Source: Octopus sinensis
Lineage: Eukaryota
DNA length: 64,000 bases
Reading direction: 5' to 3'
Assembly (NCBI RefSeq): GCF_006345805.1
Contig: NC_042999.1
Span: forward strand, 99,386,001 to 99,450,000
Shown: positions 8,911 to 21,850 of the stretch, one piece after another
Layout of the letters: each line of letters begins with the position of its first letter
How positions within the stretch are numbered: the stretch's first letter is position 1
Made by a program: the position numbers and the translations under genes
Notes under the pieces: model-generated
Database searches by the model: none
Told to the model about the DNA's origin: nothing
Seen by the model: only the letters and a program-made list of their open reading frames with translations

Positions 8911-11411
8911 CCCATAGCGCGGATTGTGACACAGATCATTCACTAATAAGAAGGGTGAGGATTCTGCCTAAAAAGTCCATCACTCCAAGAAAATGAGCCA
9001 ACCACGCATTAACACTGCCAGAACCTCGGACCCTACACTACGACAATGTTTTGCTGTTTCTATCAAGGTTTCCCTCAGTAGCTGCCCAACCTCCTCTGCT
9101 GAAAGTAGGTGGAATTATATCAGGGAAGCTTCGTATACCACATCAATAGATACTTTCGGAATGAGAGAAAGGTAAAACCCAGATTTTGTTCAGTGCTGGG
9201 CTCTCAGAGCTGGAAACAGTTATTGAAGCAAAGCGTGCAGCTCTGATGCAATACAAGAGTGTTTCTTCTACAAAGTCACTCGAAGAACTCAGAAAGGCAA
9301 GAAATAAAACCCAACTCACTGCCAGACGCTATGCAAATGGGTATTGACAGGAAATCTGTCAGAGTATCCAGTCAGCTGCTGACAGTGGCGACACCCGTGG
9401 GATGTATGCCGGTTTGAAGAAGGCCCTCGGTCCATCCGCAACCACCTCAGCCCCTCTGAAATCAACTACTGGAGATCTCATCAAGGACCAAAGCAAGCAA
9501 ATGGATACATGGATGGAGTACTACCAGGATCTCTACTCACGAGAGGTAGCTGAGGCTGCAATCGAGGGTGTCAAGATCTTGCCAGTCATGTGTGAACTTG
9601 ACAGTCTGCCATCTATAGCAGAGCTCACCAAATCTATTGACTCCCTAGCAAGTAACAAGGCTCCGGGAAAAGACGGCATCCCCTTAGAGATCATCAAAAC
9701 CCGCAAAAACACCATCCTGCTTCGGCACATTCATGAGCTTCTGTGTCAGTGCTGGTAAGAGGGTACAGTCCCTCAGAATATGCGGGATGCTAACATCATT
9801 ACGCTTTACAAAAATAAAAGTGACCGTGATGATTGTAACAATTACCGTGGAATATCTCTTCTAAGCACAGTTGGAAAGGCCTCTGCTCGCATTATCCTGT
9901 CCAGGCTGCAACTAATTGCTTCTCGAATTTATCCAGAATCGCAGTGTGGCTTTAGAAGCAGATCAACTATTGACATGATATTCTCCATACGCCAACTTCA
10001 GAAGTCCAGAGAGCATGCCATTATATATGGCCTTCATTGATCTGACAAAGGGCTTTGACTTGGTAAGTGGAAAAAGGCCTCTTCATCCTGCTCCAAAAAA
10101 TCGGATGTCCACCAAAGCTGCTGAGGATCATCAAATCATTCTATGCTAATATGCAAGGCACCATACAGCACAATGGTTCAACATCAGCCGCCTTCCAAAT
10201 AAAAAATGGGGTAGAGCAAGGTTGTGTCCTTGCTCCTACATTATTTGGCATCTTCTCGCTGCTGCTGTCACATACCTTTGAGACATCAGATGATGGAGTG
10301 TTTCTGCACAGTAGAAGTGATGGGAAACTGTTTAATCTCTCGCGTCTGCGTGCCAAGACCAAAATCTCAGAAGCGTCCTGATCAAGGAGATGCTATTTGC
10401 TGATGATGCCGCTCTGGTATCACACACAGAAGAAGCCCTACGAAGGCTCAGCAACTGTTTTGAGCAAGCATTTGGCAACTTTGGCTTAGTTATCAGCCTC
10501 AAGAAGACCAACATCATGGGTCAGGCTACATCGGACATCCCAAACATACATATTGGAGACCACAGAGTATAGGAGGTGGAGAAGTTTACCTATCTTGGCT
10601 CTACCGTCACCTACAACCTATCCCTTGATGCTGAGCTCAATATACGCATTGGCAAGGCAGCTGCTGTGATGGCCCAACTCACCAAACGCACATGGGACAA
10701 CAATAAGCTGACCAAGACCACAAAATTGAAGATTTACCAGGCATGTGTACTTAGCACTCTACTGTATGACTTTGACGCCATACACACGCCATACGACGCC
10801 ATACGTCGCCTAAATATCTTTCACTTGCGCTGTCTTCGGAAAATCCATCGCATCAAATGGCAGAATCATGTCCCTAACAAAGATATCCTCAAGCAAGCAG
10901 GAATACCAAGCATGTTTACACTCTTCACACAAAGACGTATGAGATCGCTTGGACATGTTAGCCGTATGGAAGATGGCAGAATCCCCAAGGACATACTCAA
11001 CGGAGAGCTTGCTAGGGGCACTAGGTCTGTGGGAAGACCGTTCTTACGATACAAGGATGTTTGCAAAAGGGACATGAATGCCTGAAACATCAATATTACC
11101 AACTGGGAAGCAGTTGCCAGCAACCGTGGAGATTGGCGATGTATCGTAAAAGAGGGAACACAAAGGAGTGACATAGTGAGAAAGGAGAAATGGAAAGACA
11201 AGAAAAGACGTCAACAAGAAACTATGACATTAAGACCAGTCAGGCAAAGTCTTCGCTACATTTACGGCACCTGCCAGAGGGAGTGTTTGTCCCGGATAGG
11301 ACTACACAGCCACAGCAAGAGATGTATTAGGACATGAAATGTAAAAGCCGAACTAGATTATTTTATGCGCAACTCCATTGTCTCCTGAGACAAAAAAGAT
11401 GCCAACAACAA
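8911..11411 (+). mobile_element. 5'-truncated, frameshifted RTE-clade (BovB-like) LINE
   Basis: End of the APE domain (HSADCDTDHSL), KAPGKDGIP, NYRGISLLSTVGK, PESQCGFRSRSTIDMIF, MLFADDAALV, FTYLGS, LRCLRKI..IKWQNHVPN, DGRIPKDILNGEL. 3' tail TCCATTGTCTCCTGAGACAAAAAAGATGCC(AAC)n at about 11375-11411. Confidence 0.93.
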
Positions 11412-11693
11412 TATATATGGATTTCGTAGACAGGAACTGTAACAAATAAATCGTATATATATGTATGTATATATGTAAGTGTATGTGTGTGTCTTTGTCT
11501 CTGTATTTCGCCCTCATCACTGCTTCACAACTGCTGTTCACTTATTTACATCCACATAACTTACTGGTTTCACAAGAACAAACTAATAGAGTAAGTACTA
11601 GGCTTATCAACATAAAAAAGCACTAGGCTGTGTCTCATATTTTTGTTTGCCCACTCAGTTGTATCTATCAATTTATCTTTGTATGTGTGCATG

Positions 11694-11754
<61 letters not shown>

Positions 11755-11759
<5 letters not shown>

Positions 11760-13073
11760 ATAAAACACCCTAATGGGAGCCTTAAATAACCAAATTTTAG
11801 TAATTTCTTTTATGATCCAAAACTTGGTCAAAAGTACTGAATGGATCTTTATGAAATTTGGAAATTATATTCTATGCATAAGGGCCATAACGCCCATGAC
11901 AATTCATATATTTTTGCTGTTGATGAAATTTTAACCATAGACATTAGTCACAAATGAAGTAATATCTATAAAATTTCATCTTACAAAGTAAGAAAGACCC
12001 CTCCATGGGGACTTAACATCTATAATTTTGTCATTTTATCTAAGCAAAAATGAATACAGTTGTGCTCTTGGAAGCTGTAGAGTTACCCGAGCATAAAAGA
12101 TGAGCATTATTTGTAATTCAAAGGTACAACAGTGTAACAGTTTGCTTTGACATACACTTATATTGTGATTTCTGCAATGTGCTGCATAAATTGTCAAGTA
12201 AATGAGAGGCATCTTTGCCTCCACTGATTCAGTTGCAAAGTGTAGAGTAAAATTTATTTGATTGCAGACCTCCTTTCAGTCTTTTTATTATCACTCAGTC
12301 ACACATAGTCCCCAGATGGTAACATTGATTTCAAGGCCTTCCCAGATGAGTGACTGGTTATTCGAAGACATTTATAGATTTTAAATTTATTCTGTCCAGT
12401 TACGTATCAGTATAGTGGTCATTTGCAAACTACAGAGGTGACACTTTCATTTCTCCTTACGTCAAACAGTTGTTAATGTTGATTTCAGTTGGGTCACGCC
12501 CTTCCAATTGCTATAGATTCGTATTGCATCTTACGGCTGTGCCTGTCACCTGGATGGTGAGGAATCATACATTAGGAGTGGTAACGACTAGGGTAGAGTA
12601 ACTGACTACTTATTGTGATCATTCGTCTTTTGGTTTCCTGTAGCTTTGCTCTCTTTTACAAACCCAGTGAACATATATTTCCTATTTCAAAGAAATTCAA
12701 ACAATAGATATAAGACCCAAGTTAAAAAGATTTTCAACAATTCAACTTCTCTGGTTGACATTAAGATGCCCACCCCCAACAGGGGCCTTAACTCTCACAT
12801 TTTAGAGCTCCATGACCTTCATTTTTCAGGAACAAAATCTTTTTAACAAGTTAAATAAGACTGGAATTTTGGAATATGCGCATAAAAATCAGGATTATGG
12901 GATACATGTGGCACGATTACAATTTTTTAGGGTGTGTAAAGATTGAAATAACCCTCATCTGCAATTTTGAGGAAATTCGAAACATAGATATTCCAGTTCA
13001 TCACAGAAGATATAACAGAAAAGTCTAATTCTCCAATTGAATGTAACCGGGCAACGCCAGGTATCTCTGCTAG
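11755..13073 (+). mobile_element. Putative non-autonomous Helitron
   Basis: 3' end CCGGGCAACGCCAGG hairpin followed by CTAG|T (13070-13073). 5' region has a TACTGAATGGATCTTTATGAAATTTGG head typical of non-autonomous Helitrons. Interior not identified. Confidence 0.55.
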
Positions 13074-13291
13074 TTATATATAAATATAAAAAAGTAAAAG
13101 ATATGCAATAAATATTAATATGTATATAAAAGTAAAAATGTACATATATATATATATATTCTTTCTTTTCTTTCTTTTATTCTTTTACTTGTTTCGATCC
13201 GAACACTTCTTTAAAGTAATTCTATATATTTCGCAAGAAAGAACAATAATATATATATATATGCCACCATCGGGGGGACAAACACAAACAT

Positions 13292-13437
13292 ACACACAGT
13301 TTCCGTCTACCAAATTCACTCACAAGGCTTTGGTTGGCCTCAGGCTCTAGTAGAAGACGAAGGCGTCACGCAATGGGGCTGAACCCAGAACCATGTGGTT
13401 GGTAAGCAGGCTACTTACCACACAGCCACTCATGCAT
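13292..13437 (-). mobile_element. tRNA-derived SINE head (second family)
   Basis: Reverse complement GTGGCTGTGTGGTAAGTAGC...GGTTCAG.CCCA.TGCGTG; matches 22841-23005. Confidence 0.75.
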
Positions 13438-13589
13438 ATGTATGTGTGTGTGTGTGTGTGAGTGTGTGTGTGTGTGTGAGTGTGTGTTTGTGTGTGTCTG
13501 TGTGTAGTTTGACAAGTGTCAATGCACGAAACTCTCGCCCCCCGAGTCACTCTGTTGCTTCTGCTAAATATTGATAAACACATATATGA

Positions 13590-13725
13590 CGAGCTTTTTC
13601 AGATTCCGTCAACCAAATCTACTCACAAGGGTTTAGTCGATCCAGGGCTATAGTAGAAACACCCGCTCAAAGTGCCACGCAGCTGGACTGAACCCGGAAC
13701 GGCTTACAACACAGTCACGCCTGCT
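13590..13725 (-). mobile_element. tRNA-derived SINE head (second family), degenerate
   Basis: Similar to 13292-13437. Confidence 0.65.
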
Positions 13726-13751
13726 TCTATTCACATATATACATGATATAT

Positions 13752-13981
13752 ATTTCTTTTGCTACCCACAAGGGGCTAAACATAGAGGGGACAAACAAGG
13801 ACAGACAAACGGATTAAGTCAATTACATCGACCCAGTGCGAAACTGGTACTTTATTTATCGACCCCGAGAGGATGAAAGGCAAAGTCGACCTCGGCGGAA
13901 TTTGAACTCAGAATGTAGCGGCAGACGAAATACTGCTAAGCATTTCGTCCGGCGTGCTAACGCTTCTGCCAGCTCGCCGCC
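13752..13981 (-). mobile_element. Full-length tRNA-derived SINE with CCCCTTGTGGGTAG tail
   Basis: Reverse complement starts GGCGGCGAGCTGGCAGAAGCGTTAGC (A box) and includes GAGTTCAAATTCC (B box). Confidence 0.9.
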
Positions 13982-14561
13982 TCTTGCATATAAATCTATG
14001 TGCGTATATAGACACAGTTATACATACACATACCTAGTCATGGATGGCTACACACACTAACACACACGTACACATACACATGCAAGTAGTCACACGAGTG
14101 TACACACAACCACACACATACGCACGCACACACACACACACACACTCGCACGCACGCACATAATCTTCTTTCCTCTCACCCTTATTCTTCTAAGCAAACA
14201 CACATCTACACACACATAGAAAGGCATGCATGCACGCAGACATAAGATTAATTCGCGGCCAAATTCAAGGCAGACGTTGAAGAGAAAGGACAAGCTATTG
14301 AAAAGGTCGCGAAAAATAGCGACGAACGGACTTTCACGAAGAAATAAAACTTTGATTGTTTAACCAGCACGTTAAACAAACGATCGCGTACGAAGTTGGT
14401 CAGATGTGTAACCATATTGTTATTGGCATAATGACACTGCCAAGAAGCAACAAGATGTGTGTGTGTATACGTGTGTGAGTGTGTGTGCGTATGTGTATAT
14501 GTATGTGTGTGTGTGTGTGTATATGTATGTGTGTGTGTATATGTATGTGTGTGTGTGTGGC

Positions 14562-14690
14562 ATAAACAGACCGATAGAATAAGTACTAGGCTTACAAAGA
14601 ATTATCCCTAGAGTCGATTTGCTCGACTAAAGGCAGTGCTCCAGCATGGCCGAAGTCAAATGACTGTAACAAATAAAAGAATAAAAGAGT
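14562..14690 (+). mobile_element. SINE 3' portion (second family)
   Basis: GACCGATAGAATAAGTACTAGGCTTACAAAGAA...CTCCAGCATGGCC; matches 23190-23305. Confidence 0.75.
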
Positions 14691-14707
14691 ATATATATAT
14701 ATATATA

Positions 14708-15105
14708 CTAGCAGTGTCGCCCGGCGTTGCTCGGGTTTGTAAGGGAAATAACTATATAAGCATTTTTAGAGATGTAAAGTATAATAGCCATCTCAATATG
14801 GCTAACCACAAAGGGGGTGGTGGTGTTACTGTAGCTTTTTACATTCTGAGATTTAATAATGCATTTTTAGAGAGTTACTTCCCTTATATAAACCGAGCGA
14901 AAATGCATTAAAAATGCGGAAAAATGATCGTAATTTTTTTTTTAAATCGTAGACTTATCGTAGATGTGCGCTAATACCCAGAAGGGCTCGATATGAATCA
15001 CGACTATAAGATACCCGCTTTTGGTTACACTGCACCGCAAAATGAGGGAGTAGTTAGGAATCTAAATCATAGGAGACAGACACACAACTTCACTTTTATA
15101 TATAA

Positions 15106-15108
<3 letters not shown>
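14708..15108 (-). mobile_element. Complete ~400-bp non-autonomous Helitron-like element
   Basis: Minus strand begins A|TC-TTTATATATAAAAGTG and ends with hairpin CCCGAGCAACGCCGGG plus CTAG|T (14711-14708). Confidence 0.8.
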
Positions 15109-15141
<33 letters not shown>

Positions 15142-15157
15142 ACATATATATATACAG

Positions 15158-15238
<81 letters not shown>

Positions 15239-15288
15239 TATATACAGGGAAAAATTCAATTTAGAAATACTAAATCAAATTTCACAAA

Positions 15289-15352
<64 letters not shown>

Positions 15353-15427
15353 GAAAAAAACACCTTTTATCAATTCAAAATGAACAATTAAATTACACCA
15401 TCTAGAAAATTACATATAATAGAAATA

Positions 15428-15946
15428 TCTTCTATATATATAGAAGTGAAGTTGTGTGAGTGTCCGTCTCCTACGATTTAGATTCCTAACTGCTCCCACA
15501 TTTTGCGGTGCAGTTTCACCAAATTCGGGTATCTTATAGTCGTGATTCATATCGAGCCCGTCTGGGTATTAGCGCGCCTCTACGATGAGTCTACGATTTT
15601 AAAAATAATTTATCATAATTTTTTTCCATTTTAACGCATATTTTTTAAATAAAGGGAAGGCGGCGGAGTTGGCGTCCATGCCCACATCTGCACCTGTGTT
15701 GCTTCTCCCTCTTCTTCCCTCCCTCGTGAAGCTGTGGGGAAGGGAGTGTAAGGAAATCAACGTCGTAAAGCGTTGTCAAGGAGACCAGCGTTCTTTTAGA
15801 ACAACGACTTCAGGGCTTGAAGACACCAAAACAGAAATGGCTAAGAAAGCCCGAAAGCAAATTCTACAAAATCGGGAAACACGCCACACAGGGAAGGTTT
15901 CCCGTGCAAATAATTTGCACAACCGAATGTTATAGTTGTTGCACAA
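15428..15946 (+). mobile_element. Helitron-like head plus ~290-bp segment X
   Basis: Head is homologous to 14900-15108 (reverse strand) and 16691-16900; segment X is repeated at 16405-16689. Confidence 0.7.
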
Positions 15947-16059
15947 CTTTTACTTAAAAGATATTATCCAAACAAACTTTTGAAGGCAATATTGTATGGC
16001 GATGGTACTTGTGAAATATGGTAATGGATTTAGTAGCCAAAAGGAGAGAGCAGAGGCAT

Positions 16060-16372
16060 AGTATGGTGGTGGTGGAGGCGGTGGTGGCGGTGGTGCTGGT
16101 AGTGGTGATGGTGGTCGTGGTTGTGGTGGTCGTCGTGTTTGTGGTGGTGGTGGTGGTGGTGTTGTTTTTGTTGTTGGTGGTGGTGGTCGTGGTGGTGGGG
16201 GTGGTGATGATGGTGGTCGTGGTGGTCGTGGTGATGATGGTGGTGGTGGTGGTGTTCGTGGTGGTCTTCGTGATGGTGGTGGTGATGGTCATGGGCGTAG
16301 TGGTGGTGGTGGTCATGGTGGTAGTGGTGATGGTGTTGGTGGTGGTGGTGGTGGTGGTGGTGGCTGAAGCTG
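16060..16372. repeat. (GGT)n microsatellite
   Basis: Direct observation. Confidence 0.95.
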
Positions 16373-16404
16373 TCGTCTGGGTTCTTCCAATTTTTTCGTG
16401 TGTC

Positions 16405-16940
16405 GGTGGCGGCGTTGGCGTTCATGCTCGCACCTGCACCTGTGTAGCTCCTCCCCTTCTTCCCTCCCTCGTGAAGCTGTGGGGAAGGCAGGGTAGGGAA
16501 ATCAACGTCGTAAAGCGTTGTCAAGGAGACCAGCGTTCTTTTAGAACAACGACTTCATGGCTTGAAGTCGCCAAAACAGAAATCGCTAAAAAAGCTGAAA
16601 CAGATTCACAAAAACGGCAAAAACCGCCACACAGGGCAGGTTTCCTGTGCAAACAATTTGCACAACCGAATGTTTTACTTGTTGCACAAATCTTTATATA
16701 TAAAAGTGAAGTTGTGTGTCTGTCTCCTACGATTTAGATTCCTAACTACTCCCACATTTTGCGGTGCAGTTTAACCAAAACCGGGTATCTTATAGTCGTG
16801 ATTCATATCGAGCCCTTCTGTGTATTAGCGCGCGTCTACGATGAGTCTACGATTTAAAAAAAAAATTACCATCATTTTTTCCATTTTAATGCATATTTTT
16901 GCTATTTTTTTGCTATAACTCTCTAAAAATGCTTATATAG

Positions 16941-16945
<5 letters not shown>
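16405..16945 (+). mobile_element. Segment X copy followed by a Helitron-like element with internal deletion
   Basis: A|TC start at 16691; homologous to 14708-15108 but lacks about 100 bp and the 3' terminus. Confidence 0.7.
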
Positions 16946-16975
<30 letters not shown>

Positions 16976-17355
16976 CATTATATTATAGAATTGGTAATCA
17001 GAAAGCCTCGTATTTATGTAAGAGAAGGAAAGCATTAGATAAAGAATTGGTTTGTATGTGGGACATAAATTAAAATTAAACATGGTTCGAAAATAAGTCT
17101 CGTTTCAGCGCAGTTTATGTTAATTTCTATTTTACGACGCTCCTGTTGTAGGGGTGTGAATTTTGTAGTTATTTCCCTTGAAACACGTGAATAACATGCA
17201 TTTTGTGTTAGTATTTCATGATGGTATAATAGCATTATTGTTTGAAATGGAAGTGTAAACAATGCAGAAATCAACTTTCCGCACCTGTTACAAGAACAGA
17301 ATTTCTCTTTATTTAATCTCTCCTAATATGTTTTATTTCGATCAGTAATACGGTG

Positions 17356-17725
17356 AGATGAGTGACAGAATTGTTAGCGCGCACGTTGGTAAAAATGCTT
17401 GTCGGCATTTCGTCTGTCTTTATGTTCTGAGTTCAAATTCAACCATTCATCCTTTAACGGTCGATAAAATACGAATTAGTCAGAACCGGCTCAAGGTACC
17501 GGCAACTCAAGCAGTCGCCGTGGCGCCATGTGCTAGGGGGCGCCAAGGAGGGCGCGTCAAAGACAAGGAAATTTCCACGACTGTCAGCTTGTTCACGCAG
17601 AAGTTCAGCTTGCTCGGGGCACCAGCAACCCTAGGGCCCACCCTGGTACTAGTTGAGCACTGAGGTCGATGTAATTGACTTACTCCCTCCTCTGAAATTG
17701 CTGGCCTTGTGTCAAACTTTGAATC
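17356..17725 (+). mobile_element. tRNA-derived SINE interrupted by a 165-bp MITE-like insert (17481-17645)
   Basis: SINE core on both sides. Insert has degenerate TIRs CAGAACCGGCTCAAGG / CCTAGGGCCCACCCTG and a 6/8-matching flanking duplication. Confidence 0.7.
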
Positions 17726-18544
17726 CAGTGTTGTTTTTTGATTAATGTTCTAGCCTTGCCAAACACGAATTATTTTATGATACATTACCTTCTGCCTCAG
17801 TTTTGGTTTTCGTTTCATAAGCTAGTAGTATTTATTTTGCGACAGCTGTTGCAGCTTAATATGCCGTGTAAGAAATGTGTGTATGCTCACGCGTATTCAT
17901 GTGAGTGTTTGTGTATGCGTGTGTGTGTGCGTGTGCGCGTGTGTGTGTATGTGTGTGTATGTGTGTGTGTATGTGTGTGTGTGAATGCATGTCCACGCGC
18001 GTGAATTTGCGTGTATGTATATGTGTGTATTACATTTTCTCTATATGTTATATCTCGTTTGCATGTAGGTGGGCGCGTGTATAGTATATTGCACGTGCGA
18101 GTATTGTGTGTCTGTGTGTGTGTGTGTATATGGGTATCATGTGTGAGTCAGATGTTGTGTATGTGTGTGTGTGTGTGTGTGCGATGTTAGGTTAGCTTTT
18201 ATGTGTATATATAACTTGTGATACAGGTGTGTGAGTAGTTTATTACTTGAGCATATGAGGATGTGTCTACAATTTGTAACTCAGGCGTGTGCAAGCTGTT
18301 AAAGGAGTATCAGTATGCAGTTTGATATTTGTGTGCATGCAGTGTATTAGACAGATGCATGTAGTTTGTTGGATAGGTCTGTGTAAGCAAATCTTTACGC
18401 ACTCACTCGAACTGCTAGAAATAGCAGGCAATTTTCTTTCAACTCTCACCTTGCTACTCGAAAGGAAAATGAAAGAGAGAGAGAGAGAAAGAGAGAGAGA
18501 GCATTGTATAATATTGTCCTAGATACAATATTTCTTTCCTATTC

Positions 18545-18744
18545 TAAGCACAGGGCCCGAAATTTTGGGGAAGGGGCCAGTTGATTAGATCGACCCCAGT
18601 ACGAAACTAGTACTTAATTTATCGACCCCGAAAGGATGAAAGCCAAAGTCGACCTCGGTGGAATTTGAACTCAGAACATAAAGACAGACGAAATACTGCT
18701 AAGCATTTCGCCCGACGTACTAACGTTTGTACCAGCTCGCCGCC
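18545..18744 (-). mobile_element. tRNA-derived SINE
   Basis: Full core homologous to 13752-13981, with an alternative tail. Confidence 0.85.
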
Positions 18745-19102
18745 TTTAGGGTTATTCCTGAAAACAATATGATGTAGCTATGGTTGACCTTGCTTGATCA
18801 TCTCTGATCTGAGGCTACATGTTAACTAAATCTACAACCACGGAGCGTATTCCCGTCAATCATGTTTGACGAAAGTTTGATAGGGTGACAGGTTTGCAAG
18901 TGGGAATCGTAGTGGTCAGTTTTCTGTAGCGATAGGCTGTTCAGCAAAGATCGGTATTAATATGATCCATCAGGATCAAGTGAGGTAATAAACAAGGAGG
19001 GAATTGGTCAGTTGAAGAATCGCAAGCAGGCAAAAGATGTCCTGTCGTGCAGTAAAGGGATCTCACCAGTAAATAGTTCTCGACTGGCCGCTCATTCCAT
19101 AC

Positions 19103-19330
19103 CGCAGGGGCGAGTGGCTTCGTGGATAAGGTTTTGGACTTATGATCGCAAGATTGTGGTTTCGATTCCTGATCCAGGCAATTCATTATGTTCTTAAGCA
19201 AAACACTTGATTTTAAGTTGCTCCAGTCCACTCAGCTGACAAAAAGTAAGTAATCCTGAGACGGAATGGTGTCCTGTCTCGATGGTGAATTTATACGCCA
19301 TGAAACCGGTAAACCGACCCTTATGAGTCT
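19103..19330 (+). mobile_element. tRNA-derived SINE with CORE/Meta-like central domain
   Basis: A/B-box-like GTGGCTTCGTGGATAAGG...GGTTTCGATTCCTG, then TTAAGCAAAACACTT...GCTCCAGTCCACTCAGCTG; related copy at 21598-21850. Confidence 0.6.
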
Positions 19331-19424
19331 TTTCTTTTACCATTCCATATGAATTAATTCAAGCCCTTTCACCGAGGTAACAAGGTTGTCTTATACGTTC
19401 CCGGTACTTACTTTTTGTTAAGTA

Positions 19425-19792
19425 TGGTTCTTATTCTATGGGTCTTTTTTTTTACCGAACAGCTAAGTTACGGGGACGTAAACACACCAACACCAGTTGT
19501 CAAGCAGTGATGGCAGACAAACACAGACACAAAGACGCACACACATACACACACACTGACACACTCACACAAACACACACTCAAACATACTCTCTCACCC
19601 ACAAACACAAACACACACACACACATGTACGACGTGCTTCTTTTAGTTTTCGTCTGCGAAGTCTACTCGCAAGGCTTTGGTCGGCTCGAGACCATAGTAG
19701 AAGACACTTGCCCAAGGTGCCGTGCAGTAGGACTGAACCCGGAACCATGCGGTTGGGAAGCAAGCTTCTCACCATACAGCCACGCCTGCACC
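19425..19792 (-). mobile_element. SINE (second family) split by a (CA)n tract
   Basis: Reverse-complement match to 22841-23305. Confidence 0.8.
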
Positions 19793-20329
19793 TTTTCTAT
19801 TGTAGTATGGGGTTCTTTATTACTGTCTATTTGATGGTAAATTTGAAAATAAAGAAACAAAGGTTGTGCCTAGAGAATAGTTACAGAAATTATCTAAGGT
19901 ACTAAAAGCCAAAACCGTAATTTCTTCGGACTCACACACTGATTATCAATCTGGTATAAATAAATAAATAAATAAACAAATAAATAATAAATAAATAAAT
20001 AAATAAATAAAATTGTGTGTGTGAAAGAGGAGAATGGAGTTTGCCGCGTCTTTGGTACTTTTGGAAAATTTCATCAGATTATGTCACGTATATTTTTGAA
20101 GAGCTATAATCTCAGATACAAAAAATATAAATCTGAAAACGCATTTTTAAAAGAAGTCCAAACTGAAAACTTCAGGAAAGTAGAAGTGGAGTTAGAAATC
20201 CCTCTCTTCTAATTTTTGCTTAATCATTTATTTATATCTTTATTTATTTATTTATTTAATTAGTTAGTTGCAGGATACTTACGGTATTATTTGTATCTTG
20301 GGACGGTCATTATGCCAATAATGACTACA

Positions 20330-20662
20330 CGCACTGGTTTTGTTTCAGTTCCCTTACTATTATAATTAACTGGCGCACTGTCGGTTACGAGGACGAGGGT
20401 TCCAGTTAATCCAATGAACAAAACAGGCTGCTAATGAAATTAACGTGCAAGTGGCTGAGCACTCCACAGACACATGTAGCCTTAACATAGTTTTGAAGGA
20501 TATTCAGCCTGCCACAGAATTTAAATTACAGGTACAACTCATTTCTGCTAGCTGCAGGGACTGAACCAACGTGAAGTAAAGGGTATTATTCAAGGACACA
20601 CCGCGCCGCTAAGAATCGAACTCACGACCTTACGATCTCGAGCTGACTACTAAGAAGCGCAC
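20330..20662 (-). mobile_element. Degenerate SINE (third family)
   Basis: Reverse-complement B-box GGTCGTGAGTTCGATTC and GTGTCCTTGAATAA core. Confidence 0.55.
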
Positions 20663-21049
20663 CTTCACATTATCATTATTAATTAACAAATTACCCAATT
20701 AACTAATCGATTGTATGATTTATCGTTCGATTCGTCAATCAAGAAGCTAGGTTTGTCAGAGTCCTTTCGTGACCATTGGCGACTGCATCAGTGACATGAC
20801 CCGCTCTACTCCGAGTATGCTTCAGGTCTGTCTGGCTCATAGTTTACAGATTGTATATTAATGTTTATGGGAATGAAGATGAGAATGTGAGTGTGTGTAT
20901 GTTCGAATGTGTGCGTGTGTGTGAGTGAGTGTGTATGTGTGCGTGCGTGCACGTGACTGTGTGGTAAAATGTGGATTCTATGAGTAAGTGTGTGTGTGTG
21001 AAAGAGAACAAGTGTGTGTATGTGTCTGTGCTTGTATGTGTCTATGTGT

Positions 21050-21052
<3 letters not shown>

Positions 21053-21128
<76 letters not shown>
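21053..21128. repeat. (GA)n microsatellite
   Basis: Direct observation. Confidence 0.97.
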
Positions 21129-21130
<2 letters not shown>

Positions 21131-21597
21131 CTTAAAAATAAACCCTCGCAGTTGATAAGAACATATATTTATTGTGCTTTTTTTTTGTACCGAAGATACT
21201 AAAATGACGAAGTTGATTTATAGCACCTATATTCTTAAGTGACGGTCAACAAATTTGTTAGAGAAACAAACTAAGCTTTTAGTAAGGTTTGTACTCTCTG
21301 GGGCCTGTGTGTTTGTTTCAATATTTTTTGATCTCACCTTTCAGTTGGTTAGCTATTCCAGAGCAATTACTGGTAGATATCAATTGGAGAATTGATGGTT
21401 TATCAAAACGCGCGTTAGCAGAGCGCAATAATTATCTAGTTACGGTCCACCAGTATTATGGGGTCTTCAACTGGACGTTACGTAACAAAAGGTTTTATGG
21501 TACTTTAACCAAGTCATGTTATAAGTTTCTGCAATTCGTTATTGTTTATTTTAAAATTATTTTCTTGATATATAGCTATTCTATACAGCTTAATGTT

Positions 21598-21850
21598 GTA
21601 TGGCTTAGTGGTTAGGGTGTTTAGCTCATGATCGATAGGTCATGAATTCAACTCCCGGACTGAATGGCGCTTTATATTCCTGAACAAAGCACTTCTCACG
21701 CTACTCTACTCAACTGAAAATGAATAACAGTGGCCCCTTAGGTTAATCCATTGAACTCGTAATCGAGTCCCGTTCAAGCGGGAAAGTTTTGCACGTAAGC
21801 CTAATCACCTTAAAAATCGAGATAAGCTTCAGTCTCTTAGATCAAGGCAG
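21598..21850 (+). mobile_element. Degenerate tRNA-derived SINE
   Basis: GGCTTAGTGGTTAGG A box, GAATTCAACTCC B box; related to 19103-19330. Confidence 0.55.

Noticed and set aside
5690-13760. SINE copies using the TTATATCAC target
   Set aside because: The 3' flanks of the SINEs at 5705 and 13752 lack the motif, so target specificity is not shown for the SINE.
18860-19075. Possible Tc1 N-terminal HTH remnant
   Set aside because: Similarity is too weak, with no TIR or catalytic motif.
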